A stretch of DNA of 63,356 nucleotides, counting the filler, from Octopus bimaculoides (Eukaryota): NCBI RefSeq assembly GCF_001194135.2. It is 3 parts of 3 records of this genome, joined end to end, with 100 filler letters (N's around TTAATTAATTAA, not from the genome) between each part and the next. Parts side by side here need not be neighbours in the genome. Positions count along the whole stretch, not along the records: positions 27,106 to 46,229 come from NC_068994.1; positions 46,330 to 63,356 come from NC_068988.1; 1 more part is not named here. One strand, 5' to 3'. Below the pieces are notes generated by a model. That model was not told the origin of the DNA and did no database searches. It was given only the letters and a program-made list of their open reading frames with translations. The stretch's first letter is position 1. The number at the start of each line of letters is the position of its first letter. Positions 38,941 through 50,559 of the stretch are shown piece by piece. The position numbers were made by a program, and so were the translations under genes.

Positions 38941-39140
38941 TTGATTGATGGGTAGATGGATGGATAAATAAATGGATGGGTGGATGGATTGAGAGACGGG
39001 TGGATGGATGGGAATGGCTAACTTATTTTATCAATTCCGTCGAGATATGAAACTGGAGGACAGAAAGTGAGACACAGAGAGAGAGAGAACAGGCTATGAG
39101 TGTACGAATGTGCGTGAGCTTGTGTGTGTATGTGTATGTG

Positions 39141-39194
<54 letters not shown>

Positions 39195-39964
39195 NNNNNN
39201 NNNNNNNNNNNNNNNNNNNNNNNNNNNNNNNNNNNNNNNNNNNNNNNNNNNNNNNNNNNNNNNNNNNNNNNNNNNNNNNNNNNNNNNNNNNNNNNNNNNN
39301 NNNNNNNNNNNNNNNNNNNNNNNNNNNNNNNNNNNNNNNNNNNNNNNNNNNNNNNNNNNNNNNNNNNNNNNNNNNNNNNNNNNNNNNNNNNNNNNNNNNN
39401 NNNNNNNNNNNNNNNNNNNNNNNNNNNNNNNNNNNNNNNNNNNNNNNNNNNNNNNNNNNNNNNNNNNNNNNNNNNNNNNNNNNNNNNNNNNNNNNNNNNN
39501 NNNNNNNNNNNNNNNNNNNNNNNNNNNNNNNNNNNNNNNNNNNNNNNNNNNNNNNNNNNNNNNNNNNNNNNNNNNNNNNNNNNNNNNNNNNNNNNNNNNN
39601 NNNNNNNNNNNNNNNNNNNNNNNNNNNNNNNNNNNNNNNNNNNNNNNNNNNNNNNNNNNNNNNNNNNNNNNNNNNNNNNNNNNNNNNNNNNNNNNNNNNN
39701 NNNNNNNNNNNNNNNNNNNNNNNNNNNNNNNNNNNNNNNNNNNNNNNNNNNNNNNNNNNNNNNNNCTTGCCACGTATCTTATCTTTCCTCTTGTTTATCA
39801 ATTTGAAATGCGTGCACCACCGCCTCTACCAATATCCTCACTTACATACGCCTCACCTCACAACCGCAGTGGTCACCGACATTGTCTATGCCACCACCAC
39901 CACCACCATATGTATGTTTGTATGTATGGAAGCCATGATAGCTCGTTGACCAAAGACTATTCAA

Positions 39965-40135
39965 TTTTTTTCCTCCGTGTTTTTCTCCTTGTTTTCTCCG
40001 TATTCTTTCTGTTGAAGAGCGTAGCCCGAAACGTTAAAGACTTTCTGTATTCCCGAGCGTCAAACTAATACATCCTTTTGTTGTTTACACCACCTGTCCG
40101 CGTCTGTTGTTGTTTTTTTTCGTACATTCCCCCCT
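39965..40135 (+). mobile_element. PLE-type terminal repeat with A6U hammerhead-like motif (40005-40039)
   Basis: cttt-CTGTTGA-a-gagc-gtag-ccc-GAAAcgt-t-aaag; homologous to 15745 and to 56415-56560 (-). Confidence 0.65.
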
Positions 40136-40165
40136 ATGTATGTATGTGTGTATATGTATGTATGT

Positions 40166-40227
40166 GGAGGCGCAATGGCCCAGTGGTTAGGGCAGCGGAC
40201 TCGCGGTCATAGGATCGCCAACAACAA
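40166..40227 (+). mobile_element. SINE family A head fused directly to its (CAA) tail
   Basis: ggaggcgcaatggcccagtggttagggcagcggactcgcggtcataggatcg/ccaacaacaa. Confidence 0.8.
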
Positions 40228-40833
40228 AACTTGAACTCATTATGTCAACATCGGTTGACCACGTCTTTCCGTCGAGATAAATAAGTATATTAACTCCAAA
40301 ACAAGTCCGCTGTATTTCCAAGCAACCCTGTGTATTGTCTAGACGGAACAAAAAACATATTTCGTTTGGTGAATGTCGTTGAAACGCCATATTTGTTTCT
40401 TCGTTTTTTCTTTGTAACACTAGCGAGCACAAGTTTCGTCTTGTCACCTTATATGGTAAACTAAAGCTTAAATTAATATAAATTGTCTAAGACAAATAAA
40501 TAGCTCTGTCATCGATTTAACAGTATAATAGACATTTTATAATTTTAAACAAACCTAAATCAAATAATCATTTGATTTTTTTCAAACAAATATACTGCAT
40601 ATTATTTGTTTGTTTCAAATGACTTGGAGATATTTATCTCCCATACATCGAAAGTTCAGATTTATCAGAATACAATCATGAAAGAAAAGTACATAATTGT
40701 CAAATAAACGGAAAAAACTAAGCAGTCATTTTTCTTTTAGAAACACGACCAAACAAGATGTAAAATAGCTCGTGAATGAAGTAGTCCCTCTATCACAGCC
40801 ATCCAAACTGTTAGAAATAGCAGATATATTTCC

Positions 40834-41145
40834 TTGGCACTCCGTCGCTTACAACGTCGAGGGTTCCAGTTGATCAGATCAAAGAAAGCAGCCTGCTCGT
40901 GAAATTAGCGTGCAAGTGGCTGAGCACTCCACAGACACGTGTACCCTTAACGTAGTTCTCGGGGGATATTCAGCGTGACGCAGTGTGACAAGGCTGACCC
41001 TTTGAATTGCAGGTACAACAGAAACAGGAAGTAAGAGTGAGGGAAAGTTGTGGTGAAAGAGTACAGCACGGTTCGCCACCATCCCCTGCTGGAGCTTCGT
41101 GGAGCTTTAGGTGTTTTCGCTCAATAAACACTCACAATGCCCTGT
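40834..41145 (-). mobile_element. SINE family A copy lacking the head
   Basis: Reverse complement of 32140-32445. Confidence 0.9.
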
Positions 41146-41149
41146 CTGC

Positions 41150-41312
41150 TACGTCTAAGTTCAAATTCCGCCAGGGTCAACTCTGTCTTTCATCCTTTCG
41201 TGGTCAATAAAATTAGTACCAGTTACGCACTGGGGTCGATGTAATCGACTTAATCCCTTCCCCCAAATTTGAAGCCTTGTGCTTCCAGTAGAAAGAATTA
41301 TTATTATTATTA
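41150..41312 (+). mobile_element. SINE family D copy, 5'-truncated, (ATT)n tail
   Basis: tctaagttcaaattccgcc..tcatcctttcg..gtagaaagaattattatt. Confidence 0.8.
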
Positions 41313-41424
41313 GGCCTCAGCAAACTCTAAGGATAGTTTTAACCTCATCCCCCCCTCCCGCAGTTACGGTGCCCATGAAAAAGATCAAGGATTATGGATG
41401 CTGCCATTTCCTTTCCGACCACCA

Positions 41425-41660
41425 TGGTACTCCGTCGGTTACGACGACAAGTGTTTCAGTAGTTCCAATCAACGGATGAGCCTGCTCATGAAATTAATGT
41501 GCAAGTGGCTGAGCACTCCACGGACACGCGTAACCTTAACGTAATTGTCGCAGAGATTCAGCATGACACAAGGCAACATCAAGGCTGGCCCTTTGAAATA
41601 CAGGTACTACTCAGTTTTACCAGCCGAATGGACTGGGGCAACGTGAAACGAAGTGTTTCT
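41425..41660 (-). mobile_element. SINE A' copy
   Basis: Shared core gcaagtggctgagcactccacggacacg. Confidence 0.75.
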
Positions 41661-41671
41661 TCTGACTAAAC

Positions 41672-41755
41672 CAGGGCTGGCCAACCTGAGGCCCGCGGGC
41701 CACACGCAGTCCACAGACTTTTAACTTGCGGCCCACTTGATATTTTCTCGAAATG
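41672..41755. mobile_element. hAT (Charlie-like) terminus
   Basis: cagggctggccaacctgaggcccgcgggccacacg..gcggccc resembles hAT-Charlie ends. Confidence 0.55.
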
Positions 41756-41782
41756 GGTTTATTCTTGAAATTTTATCAAATA

Positions 41783-41920
41783 TAGGCATAGGAGTGGCTG
41801 TGTGGTAAGAAGCTTGCTTCCCCAACCACATGGTTCCGGGTTCAGTCCCACTGCGTGGCACTTTGAGCAAGTGTCTTCTACTATAGCCCCGGACTGACCA
41901 AAGCCTTGAGAGTGGATTTT
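41783..41920 (+). mobile_element. SINE family B copy
   Basis: ataggcataggagtggctgtgtggtaagaagcttgc..ggttccgggttcagtcccactgcgtggc. Confidence 0.88.
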
Positions 41921-41924
41921 TTCC

Positions 41925-42240
41925 CCCATGTTAAATTCTGATATAATCGTAATCTACACCATCTGAACGGAATTTGTAGAAATTTTCATTTAAAAATATC
42001 CATTTTTCTGAAAGTTATGAGGAAACAAAGTCTTTTCGAGTGAATTTTCCGAAATTCCTCTCTCCTACCCACGAAACTTTTTTGGCATATTCCGATATAA
42101 TCGTAATCTGCACCAACTAAAAGATATCTAGAAAATTTCGTTAAAAAACATTCAATTTTATGAAAGTTACGAAGAAACAAAATCAGTGGGGCACACTTGT
42201 GTAGGTATGCCCCCAAATGATTCAAACCCGCCTTCATATG
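41925..42240 (+). mobile_element. Dispersed repeat containing two copies of a ~140-bp module
   Basis: gatataatcgtaatct.cacca...gaaagtta.ga.gaaacaaa occurs twice; also at 38090-38340, 44440-44560 and inverted at 44050-44150. Confidence 0.7.
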
Positions 42241-42404
42241 CTGCCACCATCATTCAAATAGAATATCAACCCCGTTATTCTTTCTTCCCTATCATCTTTG
42301 CCCTTTTTCTTCTCCATATTTTCTCTTACTTTTCATCATCCCCTTCGTTTCCCCTCTCTCTGTCCAACTTTCTGCCTTCATACCTTCCGCTCTCTATATT
42401 TTTC

Positions 42405-42475
<71 letters not shown>

Positions 42476-42556
42476 ATTTATCTATCTAACTTCCTCAGCT
42501 GTTCTCTCTTACTTTACCTTTTCCATTTTTCTATCCCTCCATTTTTAGCTCCCCCC

Positions 42557-42750
42557 TCTTCCTTCAACCCCCACTCTCTTATTTCCCTCTCCTCTTTCTT
42601 CAATCCCCCTCTCTCTTATTTCCCTCTCCTCTTCCTTCAACCCCTCTCTCTTATTTCCCTCTCCTCTTTCTTCAATCCCCCTCTCTCTTGTTTCCTGCTC
42701 CTCTTCCTTCAACCCCCTCTCTCTTCCTCTCTTATTTCCCTCTCCTCCCT
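42557..42750. repeat. Polypyrimidine minisatellite with alternating ~35/37-bp units (A-B-A-B-A)
   Basis: ctcttccttcaacccc.. alternates with ctctttcttcaatcccc.. Confidence 0.8.
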
Positions 42751-43320
42751 TTCCTCTCCAAACCTCCATCATATAACTTTACGTCTTTCCCTATTTCTTC
42801 CTCGCTTCATTCTCCTTCCCTTTCTAATTCTTTCCCTTCATTACCCCCCCACCCAGCTCTTTCTTTATTCCTCCGTCTTTCTCATTCTTCATAATCTACC
42901 CAAATATTTCTCTTTCAATTTCATTCTCCTTTTTCGCTTTCTGAACATTCCTTCACTCTTTTTCCTTCCTCGATTATTTCACTCTTACTTCGTCTCTCCC
43001 CCCAGTCTTCAATCTACTGCCTTTCTTTCTCTCTCTCCCCCCTCTCTCTCTCTAGTTTATCACCTCTCTCTTCGCCTCACAATGCTTTTCTAGCCTCCCA
43101 TTACCCTATATATCTCTATACAGCTCTCTCCTCTCCTCCACCTCTCTTGCTATCTATCTATCTATTTACAACCCTCCCTTATCATTATCTCCATACTCTC
43201 CCTCACTCCCTATTACCGATATCCTCAGCCTGCACCTCCTCACAACAGAGCCTCTTTCTCTTGCTCCTCTAACACCTATTGTTATCGATGAGCACCTGTG
43301 ACCCTCTCAAGTCAGAGCCA

Positions 43321-43339
43321 TGACGTCATTATGACGTCA
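43321..43339. promoter_or_regulatory. Two consensus CRE palindromes (TGACGTCA) on an 11-bp spacing
   Basis: tgacgtca-tta-tgacgtca; function untested. Confidence 0.4.
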
Positions 43340-44165
43340 ACAGCACTCATTTTTCTCAATGCATTACGTTTTCTTTCTCCTTCTTTTCCTTTCTCATCTT
43401 CCTCCTGTCTCGTCTGTTTATTTCAGATACTTTCTTCTTACTTATCTTCTTTATTTTTCTCTCTATTCAGTTATTCATCCTTCCTTTTTCTTTCTTATTC
43501 TTTCTTTCACTTTTCTCCTCCCTTCTTTTCAGTTTTACCTCTTTCTCTCTCCGCCACCCCTTCAACCCCAGTTTCTCAAATACCGGGTATCATCGACACC
43601 ATGCAATCGCAAACATTATAAATACCCCTAATAAAAAATACCACTGCAAATGGTACCACCACCCAGAATATATTACCAAAACGATCAATACCCTTGTCAA
43701 AGAGAGAGAGCCTTACGCTGCTACTCGACCTGCTAGAAATAGCTGTCAATTCTCCCCCAAATCACATTCACTGTCGTTTAAAAAAAAGGAAGAACGCGTT
43801 GGATAATTGTAGTCCTAGGTGCACCGCTAGGTCACGGATAGAATGTCTCTGGTCATATGCCTACTATCCGACAACAATAGTAAGCAACAGCCGACTCGAC
43901 GAAACGGAGCCTCCATGCAGTCGTTCGGCCTGCTAAAAATATCAACAGAATTCCCTTAAATCAAACCCTGCCGTCTTAAATAAAGGTACACAGGACAATC
44001 TAGTCCTACGTTTTGTGTACTTATTCAAGTGTCCCCCCCCTCCTCGACATTGTTTCCTCATGGCTTTCATAAAATTGGGTTTTTTCTCAGGAAATTTCCT
44101 ACACATACCTTTCAGATTGTGCAGAATCCGATTATGCGAAAAAATGTTGGGTGCGCGCGCGCGAG

Positions 44166-44196
<31 letters not shown>

Positions 44197-45332
44197 ACAC
44201 ACACATACACNNNNNNNNNNNNNNNNNNNNNNNNNNNNNNNNNNNNNNNNNNNNNNNNNNNNNNNNNNNNNNNNNNNNNNNNTACACACACACACACACA
44301 CACACACAGAGGCACACGCACACACACACACGCGCACACACACACACACACACACAAAACTTGAAATTTTGAAAAATAATTGTGATGCGTATTAGTATGT
44401 ATGTATGAGAGCCTACCAATATTTTTTTCTGCAATTAAAGTTCAGATATAATCATTAATCTACACCATCTGAAAGGTATTTGAAGAAAAAATTTCATTGC
44501 AAAATACCCATTTTCCTGAAAGGTATGAGGAAACAAATTCAATTGGGTGGCCATATTTGTGTATGGATGCCGAGAGGGTAATGCAAGTTTGGAACGCTTT
44601 TGATCGTAAGTTTTACTCGATCTGGGTTATCCTGGAGGTTAAACAAGAATAGCAACAGCAACAAATAGCAACAGCTGCAGCAGTAATAGTAACACAAGCC
44701 TCAACCAAAATCACAGGCACGTTTCGTTACTTGGTCGCCATGATGGTTCTTTACCAGGTAAAGAAACGTGACGTATTGAATCGCACTCCAGTCGTGTTAT
44801 ACATTAACTTACTATATATAGACACATATAGACATGTAGATTATATATGCACACAAATATGCAGGCTTTTTTTTCCATTGAAACTTTATTGCACATTTTT
44901 AACGTCCGGAACAAAACATTAAAAAAAAAAAAAAACATAGGTATGCAAAAAAGACGTGATGGTCACGGCTGAAATGCCTTTTTGTCATAAGTCTGCTAAA
45001 CCAGGGCTGATCTGGAGGAGTTAACAGCAATAACAGCTGAACCTATATAAAACACAAATGCACAAACACGGACGACCAACCAAGAAGAGAGCCTTTAGGT
45101 GGTCGTTAAAACCGCTAGAAACAGTAGTTAAATTTCTAATCATATCTAATTGTCTCATTAAAAGAGGACACGTTGAACAATGTAGTTCAATGTATTTTTC
45201 TACCAAAACATAAGGTGGTCACGGTTAGAACGCTTTGATTACGGGTCTGTTCAATTACAGCTAACTTAGGTCAAAAGAACTACAAGGTATATATATATAC
45301 ACGAAAACGCAAGGGCCTCTTTCTATCTATCC

Positions 45333-45385
<53 letters not shown>

Positions 45386-45795
45386 ACCATCTCTCTCTCT
45401 TTATATATATATATATNNNNNNNNNNNNNNNNNNNNNNNNNNNNNNNNNNNNNNNNNNNNNNNNNNNNNNNNNNNNNNNNNNNNNNNNNNNNNNNNNGAG
45501 CGCTTTGAACAGGGCTCTACTCAATCAGGACTGACCTGGGGCCAAAAGAACAACAGTAATACACACACCAAAACACAAGGTCCTCTCTCTTCCTCACACC
45601 TTCTTTCTTTCTTTCCCTTTCCTTTCACTTTCTCCCTCTCTCTCACTCACTCTCTCTTTCTCTCTCCTTCTCCCTCTCTCTCTGCGCGCATTCCCCACCG
45701 TCGTCATACAACACAGAGTATTGAATAAACTTAGAAAAGCGGCGTGACATAAAAGCAGACAATGAAGGGTGTGGTGGTGGGGGTGGGGAGAGAAG

Positions 45796-45832
<37 letters not shown>

Positions 45833-46229
45833 TAGCAACAGCAGCAACAACAGTAGTGGTGGTGACGGTAGTATAGTGATGTAGGATGAGGCTGTTTTGG
45901 TGACGATGATGATGATGATGATGACGATGATGATGATGCGTTATAACAAGGGCGAAGGTCGCTGTTGTTTAACCCCAGATCAACCCCCCCCCATCTCAGA
46001 AACCTATGATCAAAGACGTTCCGGCCACGACCATCCCGTCCTATTTTCAAATATAGTGCATCTAGGAACCTGTTAGCTTACGTGACTTTTCTCTTTTATT
46101 TTTTATTATTATTAAGATAACCCGATGTGTATTGAGGGAGATTTAGCTACTACTTCCAGCAACTCTAGACACCAAGAAGAGCCTCCCTCATTGGTTCCTT
46201 GTGATTTGCCGATCGTCACCATATATATA

Positions 46230-46329
46230 NNNNNNNNNNNNNNNNNNNNNNNNNNNNNNNNNNNNNNNNNNNNTTAATTAATTAANNNNNNNNNNNNNNN
46301 NNNNNNNNNNNNNNNNNNNNNNNNNNNNN
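46230..46329. other. Assembly spacer: 44 N + TTAATTAATTAA + 44 N
   Basis: Same construct as 27006-27105. Confidence 0.95.
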
Positions 46330-47419
46330 AACTTTCTGGTAGAATTTTACAAGCTTAAGAGAGCGAAATTATATAGCTTAGCAATGACTGTCGGTTTGAT
46401 AAAATATCAGTGTGTTGTTTGCAAACAGTTTGGTTTCCCTTTTAAATAGCTGAAAGATCGGTTAACCCCCCCCCCAAAAAAAAAAACCCCCCAATTTTTG
46501 ATTGGTTAAAATCAAACGCTTGTCATTGATGAATCTAAAATTGTAATGTCTTTTTGTTAAACTAAGCAAAACGGCTCACAGACTAGTAATCTATAAGCTA
46601 AAATTTCGGATTAAGGACGATGAAAAGTTTGATCTTTTTCTTTATCGACACCAGGGCTCTGTTCGACATGTCGGAAACTCCTCTCCATATGGGATACGCA
46701 CTTGAAAATTTAAACCATTACCAATAAATGCAACTTTTGCCGTCGTAGACTGCGACTTAGCACCCTGTATTAGATTTTGTATTATATCTATACTGTAGAA
46801 AGACCACCCTACTGGCGGTTTTCTACTAGCTGCTTAATAATATTCACTCATTTTATTCCCAACGTGTTTAATTTCTTTTTGACATGTTACGTCTAATTTT
46901 CTCTCTGTATCCTTTATTCGTGTAATAGCATCCACCCAGAGTCTCTCCGAAAAAATCATAACTCTCCATTTGACCCTAACCCTCTATAGGAAATAACAGC
47001 ACTTCTTTTGAACGCACTGCTCGACTGTTAGAGGGCTGTGAGAGCTTGATGGCATTCCAGATGCCAAGTGCTCAGTCTTGGTCTCTGCCTGAGGCAGGAA
47101 TACATCTCTATCAAAGAGGACGAGCTGTGGAAATATATATCTGACAAATGATAAGCACACTTATTCATTGTCAAGCAATTAATTTCTTGCTCTATTAGAG
47201 AATTTAAGTAAAATTATATTAATGTGTCCAACTGATTAAAAAATTCTATTCATTTATGTTGCTGAAGATAGCCCTACATTTAAACTGATGTAATGATTGC
47301 ATTGTTCAATTAAATGGAGCTGCTTGAAACGGACGTACTGCATCACCTCTTGATATCCTGTTGCTTATTTTGATTATATATATAGTAACAAAAGTCATTA
47401 TTGTGAATTGTTAAAGTGA

Positions 47420-47465
47420 TTCAAAGGCATACCGGTTTCGTAAAATTACTGTTCACTGCTTTGAA
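47420..47465 (-). ncRNA. Minimal type I hammerhead ribozyme with compensatory G3:C8 core
   Basis: Minus strand ttcaaagca-GTGAACA-gta-attt-tac-GAAA-ccgg-TA-tgc-c-tttgaa; ~175 nt downstream of the PLE stop codon. Confidence 0.75.
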
Positions 47466-48470
47466 TGTGCACCAATTACCGAACGGTGTTGGGTCTACTA
47501 GTCCCGGAGTAAAAATATTATGTGTAAGGGAGGTAAGTAGTTCTGGATTTGGTGCAATTAGGGTAGATATAAATCTGCAATGTGAATGGTGTATGGGGAT
47601 TAGTGGTATTAATTGAAAGGTTAGTAGTGTTCTGTATTATATTATGTGTTCATATTGAGTTGTGGAGGATATTTGTTGATGAAAGTTGCCTCTTTATTCA
47701 TTCTTTGCTGTACTGAGGTGTTCTGTGAACATTGATAGAAGGGGAAAATTAGGAAAATTAGGATTGAGGTTCCTAGCACACCTTTCTATGTGTTCACTGA
47801 CCTGTATCTGTCTGTATTGTGGGTGGCGGATTTGTTCTTTATGGAGAGTGGTTCTTCGACGGAGTGATATTCCTGTTTGGCCAATATAAGGATTACCACA
47901 CTCTAAGCATATAATGGCATAGCATAGGTTTTCCGAGGCACAAGTGAAATTTGATTTAATCTTAAATATTTCACCTTGTTTAAAGTGGAACTCTGAACCC
48001 TCCAAAAGGTGGGGGCATATACCACAATTAGGTCGACCGCATTTTTTCACTTTTGGTTCCGTTATTAATGGATATAGTCTTGCGCTGGTTAATATTTTGA
48101 TAATTTTGATAATTTTGTGTGTGCCTAAAATTTTGTTCATTGTTTTATCTCCTGTGAGGATGGGTAGATTTTTAATGATAATGCTGAAGGCTTTCTAGGG
48201 TTATGTGTGGAGATGTATGGGAGTATATTAAAGTCTGATGTAGTATTTCGGTTGACTTCCCTTAATGTTAGTATATCTACTTCCTTTGCTCGTTTAATAC
48301 CATCATTTATTAATGGTATTGGGTAATGTCTTTTGATTAGTATTAATCTGAGTTCAAGGAGTCTTCGTTCACGAGTATAGGTGTCTGAAACTATGGTACA
48401 GATTCTTTTCGCTAAGGTATATTAATTTCTATGTGTTTGGGGTGGCATGAGTTGAATAATAGGTATTTCT
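47420..48470 (-). mobile_element. Penelope-like retroelement 3' part (RT thumb, Cys-linker, GIY-YIG endonuclease, 3'UTR), frameshifted
   Basis: YLLFNSCHPKHI..LAKRICTIVS..YPIPLI..LPYISTHNP / KCGRPNCGICPH..FTCASENLCYAIICLECGNPYIGQTG..LRRRTTLH / IFPFYQC..NKEATFINKYPPQLN*; breaks off at (TA)n next to a gap. Confidence 0.95.
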
Positions 48471-49044
48471 ATTATATATATATATATATATNNNNNNNNN
48501 NNNNNNNNNNNNNNNNNNNNNNNNNNNNNNNNNNNNNNNNNNNNNNNNNNNNNNNNNNNNNNNNNNNNNNNNNNNNATATATACTATTACCAGCACCACT
48601 ATTACATCCACCGCTACTTCTACAAGCATCACCACTACAATTCCTACTACTACTACTACTACTACTATTATCATCACTACTATTACCAACACCGCTCTCA
48701 CTATGAACATCACCACCACCATCACCATTCTTACCACCGACTATGTGGACGTAATGTGTTCCTAAAAACGTCTCTTACAGCTTGTCTCTGCTACTGCTAT
48801 CGCTATTCCTTCAGTTTTTATTTTCAGATATTTATTTTATTTCATTTTATTTCATTATTTTAGCCTTCATGTTGGCCACATTTCTGAAGGGTAAAGTGTG
48901 TTCAACTAAATACCGACAATGCCAAACTACCGCCCTTAAACACTTTATTAATAATATGCCATCTACGGGCGCCTGTGCAAGCACGTTGGATATGCTAGAA
49001 AAAGCAGCTAATGCTCCCTTAAATTACACCGAACCATCTTAAAC

Positions 49045-49215
49045 TTTTAACTTGTTTCACTCTCTGGATTGCAGCCATACTGGGGCACCGTTTTGAAGAA
49101 TTTTAGTCGAATGAATCGACTCCAGCACTTTTGGCGAACCGTTATTTTACAGGGAAGTAAGCAAACCAACACTTGTTGTTAAGCGGTTATAGGGGACAAA
49201 CACAAAGACAAGTAC
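49045..49215 (+). mobile_element. Repeat family C copy
   Basis: Degenerate family C core. Confidence 0.7.
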
Positions 49216-49701
49216 TTACATACATACATATACATATGTGTGTGCGTGTGTATGTGTATATANNNNNNNNNNNNNNNNNNNNNNNNNNNNNNNNNNNNNN
49301 NNNNNNNNNNNNNNNNNNNNNNNNNNNNNNNNNNNNNNNNNNNNNNNNNNNNNNNNNNNNNNNNNNNNNNNNNNNNNNNNNNNNNNNNNNNNNNNNNNNN
49401 NNNNNNNNNNNNNNNNNNNNNNNNNNNNNNNNNNNNNNNNNNNNNNNNNNNNNNNNNNNNNNNNNNNNNNNNNNNNNNNNNNNNNNNNNNNNNNNNNNNN
49501 NNNNNNNNNNNNNNNNNNNNNNNNNNNNNNNNNNNNNNNNNNNNNNNNNNNNNNNNNNNNNNNNNNNNNNNNNNNNNNNNNNNNNNNNNNNNNNNNNNNN
49601 NNNNNNNNNNNNNNNNNNNNNNNNNNNNNNNNNNNNNNNNNNNNNNNNNNNNNNNNNNNNNNNNNNNNNNNNNNNNNNNNNNNNNNNNNNNNNNNNNNNN
49701 N

Positions 49702-49850
49702 TATAGCTTCCGTTTACCAAATTAACTCACATGCCTTTGGTTGGCCGGAGATTATAGTAGACGACACTCACCGAAAGTACAACGCAGTGGTACTAAACTC
49801 AGAACCATGTGGTTGCGTAGCAAACTATTTAGCATACAGTCACGCTTGTG
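49702..49850 (-). mobile_element. SINE family B copy
   Basis: gcttccgtttaccaaattaactcacatgcctttggttggccggagattatagtagacgacact..aaccatgtggttg. Confidence 0.75.
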
Positions 49851-50559
49851 CTAAAGAATCAGACAACGTAATATTAGACGCAGAATGAAAGAAGTGGTCA
49901 CAGCTATCATGCTTCTGTGCACAGGTTTGCTTGATCGTAGCTAAACAACCGCTACAACTTGATATCACGTAGAAAAGAAAAACTCTCTTAAATGCAGACA
50001 TAAAGGAGACCTTTAAACACTTTCGTCAATAATTTTCATTCGATAAAATTAAACAAAAATCCATAACAAAATGTCTGTGAGAAATGTATATGTATGAAGA
50101 ACATCTCTCTCTCTCTTTCTTTCTCTCCTTCTCTCTCTCTTTCTCTCTCTCCCTTTCTTTATCGCCCTCTCTTTTTCTATCTCTTTCTTCCTCCCCCGCT
50201 CTCTTTCCTCATCTCATATTACTTTCCTATTCACACTCTCACACACACATTTCGTCATACACCCACGCACGTTCTCTCGCTTCTATCTATCTATCTATCT
50301 ATCTAACATGTACATACAAACAAACATAGACACACGTATACAAACTCATATACACATCCATGCACCTATATATACACAGTATTTCTGTTGTTATCTACTT
50401 TCCTATCAACCTACATTTTTAAATCTATTTCTTTAATAATGTACTTTTGCTGAGTCATAAATTTTAGTACATTGTTGCAACACATTTATTTCTGTTGTCA
50501 CTGTCACTTCTGAATTAAAAAAATAATTATTGCATAACAATATTTTTAGCAAGAAAGCC

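Noticed and set aside
47262-47345. Plus-strand CUGAAGA...GAAAC..GUA hammerhead
   Set aside because: Stem I does not pair convincingly; at most a decayed inverted pLTR copy
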